A stretch of DNA of 64,000 bases. Origin: Octopus vulgaris (lineage: Eukaryota). Below the pieces are notes generated by a model. That model was given only the letters and a program-made list of their open reading frames with translations. It was not told the origin of the DNA and did not search any database. The stretch lies in contig OX597830.1 of NCBI GenBank assembly GCA_951406725.2, forward strand, positions 70,680,001 to 70,744,000, in the 5' to 3' direction. Positions 35,890-48,623 of this stretch are shown piece after piece (positions within the stretch are counted from its first letter, which is position 1; every line of letters begins with the position of its first letter). The position numbers and the translations under genes are program-made.

Positions 35890-37946
35890 ATTAGTCTCTC
35901 TATAGATACGAGAATGAAGAACATATATTCCATTCTTCTGAATCAGGGCTGGCCTGCATCAGAATAAATGAATATACTACTAGCTTCGGGTGTACACATT
36001 CTAAGATTGGAATAATAAAAAGAAGATGAGTATGACTCCTGTTCGGAAGGATGACACTCAAATTTTTGAAACGTTCTATCTTTTCCTTAAGACGGTCTTT
36101 AAGTTTGTGTTCAAATTCCACCGAGCTCGGTGTACCTTTGGTCCTTTTCGGGGTCGATAAAATAAGTACAAGTTCAACACTAGGGCCAATGTAATCCTCG
36201 AAATTTCAGGCCCTGTGCCTATAGTTGACAAGCAGAAAGAGTATATAGGCACAGAGAAGACGACGATCTCGCAGAAGCGGCATTCCGTTCGTCTTTACGT
36301 TCCGAGTTCAAATTCTGGCGAGGTCGACTTTGCTTTTCATCAGGCAATAAAATAAGGCAATAAAATAATTACCAGTTAAACACTGAGGTCAATGTAATCG
36401 ATTTACCCCCTCCCTCTAAATTGCTGGCTTTGTGTCAAAATTTGAAACCAATATAGACATAACTGGGTCCGTCTTAAGACGTGGAACTAGTTGTCTGAGG
36501 ACTGTTACATACCTAAAGGGGGGATTTAATACTAATCTATGTGGCTGTGTGGTAAGTAGTTTGCTTACTACCCACATGGTGTGTCTTTGTATCTGTGCCC
36601 CCCCCCCCCATTGCTTGACAACAGGTATTGAGTGTTTACGTCCCCGTAAACTTGCGGTTCGGCAAAAGGGAGCGATAAAATAAGTACTAGGCTTACAAAG
36701 AATAAGTCCTGGTGTCGATTTGTTCGACTAAACCCCTCTAAGGCGGTGCTCCAGCATTACCGCAGTCAAATGACAAAAGCACGTAAAAGAAAAGACGTGA
36801 TTGTCACGGCAGGATTGTCTTTCAATATATATCTTCTTAATCTTTCGTCTGTCTTTACGTTCTAAATTCAAATTCCGCCGAGGTTGACTTTGCCTTTCAT
36901 CATTTCAGGGTCGATAAATTAAGTACCAGTTGCGTACTGGGGTCGATCTAATCGACTGGCCTCCTCCCACAAAATTTCAGACCTTGTGTCTAGAGTAGAA
37001 AAGAATATAATCTTCTTAATCATAGCTGGACTGGGACAAAACAACAACTAGAAAGAGAGGGCGAGAGAGAGAGAAGGGGGTGAAAGAGAGTGTGAGTGTG
37101 TGCATGTATGTGTATGTGTGTGCATGTATGTGTATGTGTGTACATGTATGTGTGTACTCGAAAGTGAAAGTAAGAGACATCGCTGTTTCTCATCTTATTC
37201 CCATCCATCAACTTGAGCGCCAAAACAATATTTCATAAGAAAATCTACTTGGTTCTATTAAATACCCATCCAACGTTATTTAGGGCTCTGTCAGTCGTCT
37301 GGCCCCTTTTTTCATTGGTGTAGAGGCCACTCCCACTTTTTATTTAATTTTGTTCCCTCCTTCTTTTTAGGTTCTCCTGCTCTTTTTCTTCTCTCTTTCT
37401 CTTATCCTATTTCTAGTAGCCTTTCTATCTGCCACTCTCACTCTCTCTCTCGCCCTCTCTCTCTCTCTGTCTCTGTCTGTCTGTCTCTCCCTCTCTCTTT
37501 ACCCTCCCTCTCCCTACAAACACAATGCATGTGTGTATGTATGTATGTGTATGTGTATGTGTGTGCGTGCGTGCGTGAGTGTGCGCGCGCACTCGCGCTC
37601 GTGTGTATGTATATTCTTATTATTCTTTTACTCTTTTGCCAGTTTCAGTTATTTGAGAGCGGCCATGCTGGAGCACCGCCTTGAAGGGCTTTATTCGAAC
37701 AAATCGATCCCAGGACTTACTTATTAAGCTTAGTACTTTAGTACTTATTCTATCGTTCTTTCTTGCCGAACCGTTAAGTTACGGAGACGTAAACACGCCA
37801 ACACCGATTGCCAACCGGTGAAGGGGTGGGTGCGGGACACAAACAGAGACACAAAAGCAAACACATGGATATACACATAAGCAACGGGCTTCTTTCAGTT
37901 TCCGTCTCTGTCTACCAAATCCACTCACAAGGCTTTTGGTCTGCTC

Positions 37947-38002
<56 letters not shown>

Positions 38003-38042
38003 GACACACACAGAGACAGACACACACACAGAGTTGTATGTA

Positions 38043-38160
38043 CAGTAATACCTCGAATATCGCGGTTGTTATGTTCCAAAACTTCCTGTAATAAGTGAAA
38101 ATCCGCGAAGTAGAAACAGTTCTGCACTGTTTATATTTTTAATCATTTTTATAATTTGTA
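38043..38160 (+). mobile_element. Tigger/pogo-like left end
   Basis: ta-cagtaatacctcgaatatcgcgg resembles pogo/Tigger TIRs. Right end not found. Confidence 0.45.
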
Positions 38161-39180
38161 TATATATACTCTTTACTTTTTTTACTCTTTTAATTGTTTC
38201 AGTCATTTGACTGCGGCCATACTGGAGCACCGCCTTTAGTCGAGCAAATCGACCCCAGGGCTTATTCTTTGTAAGCCTAGTATTTATTCTATTGATCTCT
38301 TTTGCCGAACCGCTATATTACGGAGACGTAAACACAGCAGCATCGGTTGTCAAACGATGTTGGGGGGACAAACGCAGACAAACACAGATGATGAAGCTGA
38401 TGGTTAACTTCTGTTTCAAATTTTGACACAAAACCAGCAATCCCATGGGAGGGGTAAGTCGATTACACCGACCCCAGTTCTTAACTGATACTTATTTTAT
38501 CGTCCCCGAAAGGATAAAAGGTAAACTCGACCTCGGCGGAATTTGAACTCGGAACGCTAAAGACGTACGCAATGCCGCTAAGTATTAAAGTCCGGAGTGC
38601 TAACGATTCTACTTGCTCGCCGTCCTAAATGATTTTAAAAATGGAAGCCATTATTTAATCTGGCGCTCTATTAAATGTTCTTTCTGGGCGGTATCTCATA
38701 GTGGTTGATTGATCTGTTAGAAATAACAGCTAAATCTCCCTTAATCGCATCTTCCTACTTGAGAAAGAAATAGAACAAACTAGAATTTGTTCGATAATGC
38801 AGTCTGAACGCAAAGTGGTGTTAAAGGACAAAGTCAGATAGACAGACAAACACACACACACCGACACACATACACACACATATATACACAAATACATACG
38901 CACACGCACACACACATACACATACACGACGGCTTCTTCCAGTTTCCGTCAACTAAATCTACTCACAAGACTCCGGTCGGCCCGGAGAGTGTAATAGGTG
39001 TCACGCAGAGGAACTGAACCCAGAACCATGTTGTTGGGAAGCAAAGTTTTTTACCACACAACCTTACCTTCTTCCTCACTTTCTCTGCTTCAAAATACGA
39101 ACGCATACATAAGCGTACATATGCACACTCATTCATTGATTCGCTTTTTTTGCCATGTCTTGTGTATGAATGTATGTATG

Positions 39181-39214
<34 letters not shown>

Positions 39215-39277
39215 TGTATGTATGTATGTATGTATGTATGTATGTATGTATGCGTGTATGAATTGCATGCATGTATG

Positions 39278-39311
<34 letters not shown>

Positions 39312-39861
39312 TGTATGTATGTATGTATGTATGTATGTATGTATTATGTATGTGTATATGTATGTATGAATTGCATGTATGTATGAATTGCATGTATGTA
39401 TGAATTGTATGTATGTATGCATGTATGTATGTATATATGTGCGTGTGTATGTGTATGGTGGGAACCGCTTTTATCATGGATATTGTTATCAAGCGTTTAT
39501 CAACGTGAAAGTTAGCGGCTCCCAAGCACGTTCAGTATATTGTTATATTGCCAGTTTAATGTTTTTCAGTCGGTTATTATTATCTACAAAGCTCCTTCCC
39601 AAAGTCATCTCAATAAGCGGCTTGTGCGGGTGTCTGGGCGGGCTTGTCTGCAAGTGTGTGCATGTGTGTGAGTATGCGTGTGTCTGTGTAAGCTATACTT
39701 CTTGTTAGGTGCCCGACCGTCCATGTATGTATGTATGTACGTATGTATGTATGTATGTATGTATGTATGTATGTATGTATGTATGTATGTATGTATATAT
39801 GCATGTATGTATGTATGTATGCATGTATATATGTATGTGTGTGTATGTATGTATGTATGTA

Positions 39862-39892
<31 letters not shown>

Positions 39893-40090
39893 ATGTATCC
39901 ATGTATGTATGTATCCAGGTATGTATGTATGTGTACGTATGTATGTATGTATGTATTATGTATGTATGTATGTATGTATGTATATATATATATATATATA
40001 TATATGCATGTGGTTATGTATGTAACTATCTGTCTTTCTGACTGTCTATTTAGCTATCTGTATTTCTATATATACATCTGTGTGTATACG

Positions 40091-40179
<89 letters not shown>

Positions 40180-40845
40180 GTCTGTCTGTCTGTCTATTTA
40201 CCTACCTATCTGTCTGTCTGTCTTCTCTCTGTCTATTTATATGTCTATCTACCTACCTATCTATCTACCTATCTATCTATCTATCTATCTATCTACCTAC
40301 CTACCTACCTACCTACCTATCTATCTGTCTATCTATCTATCGTTATCTGCCAGTCTCTATCTATCTCTATCTATCTCTACCATCCACGGCACGTTTATCC
40401 GTTGTTGGTGACGACGGGAGCATAAGATAATATTAGAGATAAAACGCTCTTTTCTGATGGATTGGGCATTGGTTTGTCTTATCAGGCGAAAAAGCGTCAT
40501 GCAAAAGTTGACACAGCGCGAAAAACAGGGCGATGATGATTTCAATGGCGGCCGTCGCTTGTGACAATATTTTCACGCTTGCCTTCTAAACTGTGATGGA
40601 TGTTTTCGGTTCGTCGCAGGGCCGACCGCTGTGGTAACACCGAACGAACGAACAAAACGATTTAGGATATGAGCAGTCAAGCTATCTCTCTGTCTCTTTC
40701 ACTCCTTTTCTCTCTCTCTCTCTCTCATTGTCTCTCTCTCCCTCTTTCTCTCTCTCTCTCTCCTTCTCTCCCTCTCTCAATTCTGCTCTCTGAATCTTAT
40801 TCTGCTCCCCCCTTTCGCTATCTATCTTCCTGTCTAACTAACTAC

Positions 40846-40907
<62 letters not shown>

Positions 40908-40919
40908 GTCTATCTGTCC

Positions 40920-40955
<36 letters not shown>

Positions 40956-40995
40956 GACTGTCGGTCTGTCTATCTAGCTATCTATATATCTATTA

Positions 40996-41039
<44 letters not shown>

Positions 41040-41227
41040 GTCAGTCTATCTTTCATTCCTCCCCTCTCGCTTCGTCCATTTCTTTAAATGATTCAATTTC
41101 TTTCTCTTTCTCTCTCTCTCTCTCTCTCCGTCTTCTTTCTCTCGTCTTCCTCCTTTTTGATCTCTATTTCTCCATTTCCCTCTCTTTATGTTTTTCCTCC
41201 CTGTCTGTCTCTCTTTCTGTCTGTCTT

Positions 41228-41263
<36 letters not shown>

Positions 41264-42167
41264 ACTCTCTCTCACTCTCTCACACTCTCTCTCACTCTCT
41301 CTCACTCTCTCACTCTCTCACTCTCTCTCTCACTCTCTCTCACTCTCACTTTTTCTCTCCCCCCCCCCTCTCTCTGCTCATTCATTTGTATGAATGCCTT
41401 TGTCAATGATTCCGAATTTCTTAATATTTCTCTCTCTTTCTCTCTCAAACTTTCTTTCTCTTCCCTTCCTCGCTCACTTTCTCTCTATCCCTCTTTTAAC
41501 CCCCTCTCTCCCCCTTTTCCCCCCAGCTTGCTCTTTTTTGCCTTTCTCTTTCTCTCGCACCATCACTGCCGACGTTCATTCCACTCAGTTTGACTGACTG
41601 ACATGAGCCGACCAACCAACCAACGTTCCCGCCGACCAACAAGCTAACCAACCAACCAGCCGGCAGACAAACCAGCCAGCCAGCCAGCCAGTCAGTTAGC
41701 AAGTAAGGAATAACGGGGCGCGAGAGAAAAGAAAATGTGAGGGTGTGTGTTGAATGTAGGAGGAGGGAAGATGCGGAGGGAAAGTAGGAGGGAGAACAAA
41801 TGTGCCGGAGATAGTTGTGATGTAGTAGTGGTTATGATGATGGTGGTGATGATGGTGATGATGGTGATTATGGTGATGTGTAGCTGATGTTGGTCGAGGT
41901 GGTGGCGGAACGGGTTGGTGGTTCATGTGTCAAGACGATAGGAGAGATGAGGTTGGAGGAAGTAGTAAGAAAGGCAATGAAAGATAATGAAAAGAAAGAG
42001 AGAGAGAGAGAGAGAGAAAGAAAGAGAGAGAAAGGAGAATGGAGGACTAGAGACGGGGAGTGGAGAATGGAAGTGAGGCGAAGGACCCCCCTCCTCTCAA
42101 AACAAAAAGACAGATATGTCGAAGAAAGGATTGAGGTTGAAAGACAGTGAAAAAGAAATAATAGATG

Positions 42168-42242
<75 letters not shown>

Positions 42243-42317
42243 TGGTAGACAGTTAACAGATAGAGATAGATATATGATATATATAGGCACGGCAGTGGCT
42301 GTATGGTAAGAACCTTG

Positions 42318-42369
<52 letters not shown>

Positions 42370-42370
<1 letters not shown>

Positions 42371-42668
42371 CGGTTTTGGATTTGGTTTGTGAGATTCTTT
42401 ATGTGAGTTCGTGTGTTGAAGCATATTCTGTTGTGTCTGGGGAGAGTCATTCTCTTTTGGTGCCTTATAATTTAACACACTCACTGGTAAAATTTCCACT
42501 TATTTATTTTTTTTTCTAAAATTTTCGTTGCATCAACTTGAAACTATTGAAAAGATTGCAAGAAGCAACGAAAATTTAGAAAAAGAAAAAAGAAAGAAGT
42601 GGAAATTTTACCGGTGAGTGTGTTAAATGATAAGGCACCAAAAGAGAATGACTCTCCCCAGACACAAC
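42370..42668. mobile_element. Inverted-repeat element (arms 42430-42531 and 42565-42668), Penelope-like terminal inversion
   Basis: ~100-bp inverted arms, adjacent to (TA)n, between a partial SINE B head and a full SINE B. Confidence 0.7.
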
Positions 42669-42671
42669 TGT

Positions 42672-43078
42672 TGTGGCTGTTTGGTAAGTAGCTTGCTAAC
42701 CAACCACATGGTTCCGGGTTCAGTCCCACTGCGTGGCATCTTGGGCAAGTGTCTTCTGCTATAGCCCCGGGCCGACCAATGCCTTGTGAGTGGATTTGGT
42801 AGACGGAAACTGAAAGAAGCCCATCGTATATATGTATATATATGTATATATATGTATATGTGTGTGTGCCTGTATATTTGTGTTTGTCCCCCTAGCATTG
42901 CTTGACAACCGATGCTGGTGTGTTTATGTCCCCGTCACTTAGCGGTTCGGCAAAAGAGACCGATAGAATAAGTACTGGGCTTACAAAGAATAAGTTCCGG
43001 GGTCGAGTTGCTCGACTAAAGGCGGTGCTCCAGCATGGCCGCAGTCAAATGACTGAAACAAGTAAAAAGAGTAAAAAG
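42672..43078 (+). mobile_element. SINE family B, full length
   Basis: Head tggtaagtagcttgc...ccgggttcagtccc, CORE-like cttgggcaagtg, tail gactgaaacaagtaaaaagagtaaaaag. Confidence 0.85.
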
Positions 43079-43326
43079 AAAAAAAGAAAAAAGAGTATAT
43101 ATATATATATATATATATATAATAATTTAATAAATAAAATATATGAATACATACATATATGTACGTACCTATATATATATGCATATATATATATGTGTGT
43201 GTGAATACAGGACACCACAAATAAAAGTAGAACACAACGAGAAACGAAAGCATAAAAACAACTAGGAAACGGACTTCTTTTAACAACGAAAAAACAGAGC
43301 ACAAGTCAAACAACACAAGGAATATT

Positions 43327-43399
43327 CCTCTTCATCAGCTGTCCCTGGATCGACTCAATGGGTGTTTCGAAGGTAAGGACAGAACACGACCCGCCGATC
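43327..43399 (-). ncRNA. Candidate non-circularly permuted hammerhead ribozyme
   Basis: Reverse complement GATCGGC-GGGTC-GTGT-T^CTGTCCT-TA-CCTTC-GAAACAC-...-GTCGATC-CA-GGGACAG-CTGATGA-A-GAGG. Confidence 0.6.
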
Positions 43400-44062
43400 T
43401 GGACCTTCCTGCGAAAGAATTAAAATAAAATTCCTTTGCAGAGGGGTAAAAACAAGGAAAGAAAAAAATGTGACAAGAACAGGACGTAAAAGCAATACAA
43501 ACAAAATACAATTACAAATACAAAATAAAAATACAAATACAAAAAAATACAATACATATAAAGAATAAAAACAGGACAAAAAAAAACAAACATTAAGGGC
43601 TGTCTTTTAAGCCTAGACGATGGATAAATTCAGAGCGCAAAAAAAGCGGTGTTGGCTTGTAGAAAGCTGCCAGTGAAAGGAAGTAGGTAGTCGACTAGGC
43701 AGTGAGAGAGATGAGGAGGAGTGAGAGAGAGAGAGAGATAGGGCGGAAAGGAAATCAGAAAGGGTGAAAAAGAGAGACAGGCAAAGAGGAAGACAGATAG
43801 GAAGGAAGAAAATCAAGCAAAGGATTAATATATAAAAAACTTACTTGGAGAAAAGAAACGAAACGACACGATAGTCATACAATAATTTAATAAATAAAAT
43901 ATATGCATACATACATACATATATGTACGTACATCTACATGTATATATACATGCATATATATATATATGTGAACACAGGACGCCACAAATAAACGTAGAA
44001 CACAACGAGAAACGAAAGCATAAAAACAACTAGGAAACGGACTTCTTTCGCAGGAAGGATTA

Positions 44063-44135
44063 GATCGACGGGTCGTGTTCTGTCCTTTTCTCCGAAACAC
44101 GCATCAAGTCGATCCAGGGACAGCTGATGAGTTTG
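44063..44135 (+). ncRNA. Candidate non-circularly permuted hammerhead ribozyme (stem II degenerate)
   Basis: GATCGAC 44063-69, CGTGT-T 44074-79, CTGTCCT 44080-86, GAAACACG 44094-101, GTCGATC 44108-14, GGGACAG 44117-23, CTGATGA 44124-30. Confidence 0.55.
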
Positions 44136-44264
44136 AATATTCCTTGTGTTGTTTGTCTTGTGCTCTGTTTTTTCGTTGTTAAAAGAAGTCCGTTTCCTAG
44201 TTGTTTTTATGGTTTCGTTTCTCGTTGTGTTCTACGTTTATTTGTGGTGTCCTGTATTCACACA

Positions 44265-44335
<71 letters not shown>

Positions 44336-44465
44336 GCATGTATATATACATGTAGATGTAGGTACGTACATATATGTATGTATGTATGCATATATTTTAT
44401 TTATTAAATTATTGTATGACTGAGCGCCATTGCGTCGTTTCGTTTTGTTTCTTTTCTCCAAGTAA

Positions 44466-44510
<45 letters not shown>

Positions 44511-44513
<3 letters not shown>

Positions 44514-45004
44514 ATCAAAAAAGGATAATAACGTAGATTACTACCAGTGGCCCAGCACAAAAGAAGAATTAGTCATTAGACAAAATATTATTTATATAGA
44601 AAAATATTATTCATATAGAAATATAATTAAGGGCTCCTAAATAAGGATACCAAGTGCTAGGGACACAAAAAAAGGGATAAATTCATCGAGAGTGAAAATC
44701 AAAAACATTTACCATTAACGATATATCCTGGACTGATCAGTTTCTACCTCTTTCTAGCAAAACAGACAGAATATGTTTGCTCAGGCCGGTTTCATCAGCG
44801 AGACGCCTTTGTTAAATCGAGACGCACAGAGCGTTAGACCATGTGTTGATCTAAGCAACTTGCAGATCTTAACTTTTCAAACCTCTGCGCAGACGCAAAA
44901 TCTACCCGGTGATATAGGGCATGTCGGGAAAAAATTTTACGAACAAATCTATCAAGTAATATTTGAATATAATCAAAAAAGGGTAATAACATAGATTACT
45001 ACCA
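44511..45004 (-). mobile_element. Hammerhead-bearing monomer (458-bp unit) with 36-bp terminal redundancy
   Basis: ataatcaaaaaagg(a/g)taataac(g/a)tagattactacca at 44511-44546 and 44969-45004, flanked by (TA)-rich tracts. Confidence 0.8.
44725..44804 (-). ncRNA. Type I hammerhead ribozyme
   Basis: Reverse complement GTCTCG-CTGATGA-A-ACC...AGCAAA..TTTGCT...GGT-A-GAAA-CTGATCAG-TC^CAGGAT. GUC cleavage triplet and palindromic stem III. Confidence 0.7.
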
Positions 45005-45489
45005 TTTATATATATCTATATATACATAGATTACTACCATTTATATATATTTATATATACATATACATATACATATATATATACTAGCTTAGGGCGGCTT
45101 TTAAGCTAGTATGTAGCTTTTAAGCAACTGACTCTGAATGGGAAGATCTGCAAACAGATCTGTGACTTGTTTTGGAGAATTTGTTGCAATTGCTTCCTCC
45201 AGAGTCATATCCCAATGATGATCATATTCATCGTTTAAAATCAGGTAAAAAGAAAATCGCCGAAAACAATCTCAGTACTAAAAACATAGGAATCCAAAAT
45301 TTCAGGATTGCAGGTCCGGATTCGGCCCGGCATGTTTTTAATTTACTCACGGAGTCAGCCTGATTCCAAAATGTTTTGATATGCTGGGCTACGGCCTCTA
45401 GGAGTAAAGTTGAAACAGTGTGATACTCTGACATTTATGTTTATTTTAATAGATATGTTTAATTTTTGGGAAACTGCATTCAATTAAAG

Positions 45490-45860
45490 TGTATTATATA
45501 TATATGTATATAGATCTTTAAAGAACTTTAATGAACTTTGGAAATCTGTTTATGTTACTTAATTATCTACATTACTTCATGAGTATAGCCTCAACCACTA
45601 AGATGTCTAGAGAACTCACATGTATTTTAGCTGATGAGTACGGGACACGTTTATATGCTGCAATTTTTGCAACTTTTAATAAAGCCTGTCTTTGTATGAA
45701 ACGATTGTACTAAAAACTTATCCATTCTTGTTGCTTCTTTCTCGCTTATAATCACCCCACATTACTGTATGGTTAAAACCGTATAGTTTTTTGGTGCATC
45801 TAAGTTAGGTACCATATTCAAGTAAATTCATTAAAATTGACTTGAATCTTTATTGCTTTT
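45490..45860 (+). mobile_element. Diverged relative of the 22914-23528 hammerhead element
   Basis: Shares cattcttgttgctt, ataatcacccc and ggtgcatctaa...ccatattca with the reverse complement of 22914-23040. Ends in (TA)n. Confidence 0.75.
45625..45715 (+). ncRNA. Type I hammerhead ribozyme (best-formed copy)
   Basis: TTTTAG-CTGATGA-GTAC-GGGACA...TGTCTT-T-GTAT-GAAA-CGATTG-TA^CTAAAA. Perfect 6-bp stem I. Confidence 0.8.
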
Positions 45861-45942
<82 letters not shown>

Positions 45943-46024
45943 ATATATACATGTGCGTGTGTTTATATATATGCATATATATATGTGCACACACACACAC
46001 ACACGCATATATATATTCTTTATT

Positions 46025-46392
46025 TTATTCTTTTACTTGTGTCAGTCCTATGACTGCGGTCATGCTAGAGCAGAACCTAGTCCAAGAAATCGACACTAGG
46101 ACTTATTCTTTGTAAGCCTAGTGGTTATTGTATCGGTCTCTTTTTGCTGAACCATTAGGTTATATGGACGTAAACACACCAACATCGGTTGTCAAATGAT
46201 AGTGGGGGTCAAACAAAGGCACACACATAAATATATACAGCAGACTTCTTTCAGTTTCCGTCAGCGGAATCCACTCACAAGGCTTTAGTTGGCCCGAGGC
46301 TATATAGAAAATGCTTGCCCAAGGTGCCACGCAGTGGGAATGAACCCGGAACCATGTGGTTAGGAAACAAGCGTCTTACCACACAGCCACAC
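46025..46392 (-). mobile_element. SINE family B
   Basis: Family B consensus on the minus strand. Confidence 0.75.
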
Positions 46393-47774
46393 TTATATAT
46401 TTATACACGCAACCGGTGTTGATTTTTTTTACATAGTTTAACAACCGATGCTGGTGTGTTTACGACCCTGTAACTTAGCGATTCGGCAAAAGAGAGCGAC
46501 GGAATAAGTACCAGGCTTTAAAAAATAATTACTGTGGTCGATTCGTTCGACTAAAATACTTCTTCAAGACGTTGCCCCAGCATGGCCGCAGTCCAGTGAC
46601 TGAAACAAGTGAGATAATAGATAAGAAAATGTATGAGGTAGCTTTAGATCCCAGTTCCTGATTGAAGTGCCTTACAGGCATCATTGAGGGCATCCGACGG
46701 TGCCCATGTTTTAAAGCAGCTGATTTCTTCAAAAGAGAATGTGTGTGTGTGTTCGTGTTTGTGTGTATGTGTGTATGTGCGTGTGTGATGGGAGAGAGAC
46801 AGAGAGCGAGAGAGAGAAAGAACGAGAGAGAGAGAGAAAGACAGAGAGAGAGTGTATGAGGGAGATTTATTGGTTTCAAGTTTTTGCACAAGGCCAGTAG
46901 TTTGACCACAGTGCTTGACTGGTACATATTTTATCAACCCCGAAAAGATTATAGGCAAAGCTGACCGAGCTCGGCGGAATTTGAACTTAGAACGCAAAGA
47001 CGGACGAAATATCGCTAAGTAGTTTGTTCGGCGCGATAACGATTCTGCTTTGGAGGAATATACTTTAACATTTTTTACAATTTGGCAATCTCCAAACCAA
47101 GTATATGCGAGGTGCCCGGTTGACCCAACCCGTCTTACAGAACTGATTTCTAAATTTCACGTGATGTTGGGTTTATCAAGACACATCTGGTGACACATTG
47201 ATTTGACAGGAAATCTGGAAGTTATCCATTCTTCATTTACCAGAAGTCTGGTTATAAAATTCTAACAAAATGGAATTTCTAATTAAAAAAACAAGAAAGC
47301 AAACAAACTTGGAATACAAATATGTCCATTACCGGTGGTGTATTTCCGTCTGGTGTAGATTTCTCGATAACTCGCCGAATTCCAGAGGCTGGGTTTTACT
47401 CTCATGTAGCTCGCTTTCATATACTTGATGTGTTAAAATGCACCAAAGACGTAATACTGGCCTGCGAAATGTTTGTGGAAGCGCTTACGTATGTTTCCCT
47501 TAACACGGCCATCTCAAGAACCCAAGATGCCATCATCATCATCGTTGCCTTTAGGTGCTGTGTTCAAATTCCACCGAAGCTGACTTTGCTTTTCGCCCTT
47601 CCGAGGTCGGTCAAATATAGGAACCCGTCGAGCACCGGGGTCGATGTAATCGACTTAAAACTCCGCCCGATATTTCAGGTCCTGTGCGTTAGAAAGATTT
47701 ATTAATAAAGCGGCGAGTTGGTAGAATCGTTAGCGAGTCGGACAAAATGCTCAGCGGCATTTATTCCGGCTCTT

Positions 47775-48035
47775 TTACTCTTTTATTCTTTTACTAGTTT
47801 CAGTCATTTGACTGTGGTCATGCTGGAGCACCACCTTCAGTCGAGCAAATCGAGCCCAGGACTTATTCTTTGTAAGCCTAGTACTTATTCTATCGGACTC
47901 TTTTGCCGAACCGCTAAGTTGCGAGGACGTAAACACACCAGCATCGGTTGTCGAGCGATGGTTGGGATGGGAACAAACACAGATACACAAACATACACAC
48001 ACAAACATATGCACAAACACCCACACACAGACACT

Positions 48036-48068
<33 letters not shown>

Positions 48069-48610
48069 ACACACACACATATATAAACATATATATACAT
48101 ACATATATACGACGGGCTTCTTTCAGTTTCCGTATACCAAATCTACTCACAAGGCTTTGGTCGGCCTGAGGCTATAGTAAAAAACACTTGACCAAGGAAC
48201 CCGACCAAAGCCTTGTGAGTGGATTTGGTAGACGGAAACTGAAAGTAAATTTACTACTATCATGTTCTTAAGAATGAAATCAACCTCTCTGTCTAGATTT
48301 GTTCGTTTTAGGCGTAGGAGTGGCTGTGTCATACATAAGTAGCTTGCTTACCAACCACATGGTTCCGGGTTCAGTCCCACTGTGTGGCACCTTGGGCAAG
48401 TGTCTTCTACTATAGGCTCGTGTCGACAAAAGCCTTGTGAATGGATTTGGTAAACGGAAACTGAAAGAAGCCCATCGTATATATGTATATATAAATATGT
48501 AAGTATATGTTTATGTGTCTGTGTTTGTCCTCCACCCAACATCGCTTGACAGCCGATGCTGGTGTGGTTACGTCCCCATTAGTTAGCGGTTCGGCAAAAA
48601 GAGACCGATA
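47775..48610. mobile_element. Oppositely oriented SINE family B copies (minus 47775-48195; plus 48200-48245 and 48311-48610)
   Basis: tttcagtttccgtataccaaatctactcacaaggctttggtcgg is followed by its reverse complement ccgaccaaagccttgtgagtggatttggtagacggaaactgaaa. Confidence 0.75.
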
Positions 48611-48623
48611 TATATATATATAT

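Larger units (their letters stand above)
43121..44470. mobile_element. Non-coding tandem plus inverted element (760-bp unit) with permuted hammerhead
   Basis: 43121-43280 is repeated at 43881-44048 (offset 760). 44043-44470 is an inverted copy joined through ttcttt microhomology. (TA)n lies on both flanks. Confidence 0.85.

Noticed and set aside
41696-41926. Pro/His-rich ORF resembling a transcription-factor low-complexity exon
   Set aside because: Explained by (CAT/CAC)n repeats. No domain or convincing splice context.
45081-45112. Short hairpin atactagctta...taagctagtat (Helentron-like termini)
   Set aside because: Too short to assign, and no associated element body was identified.
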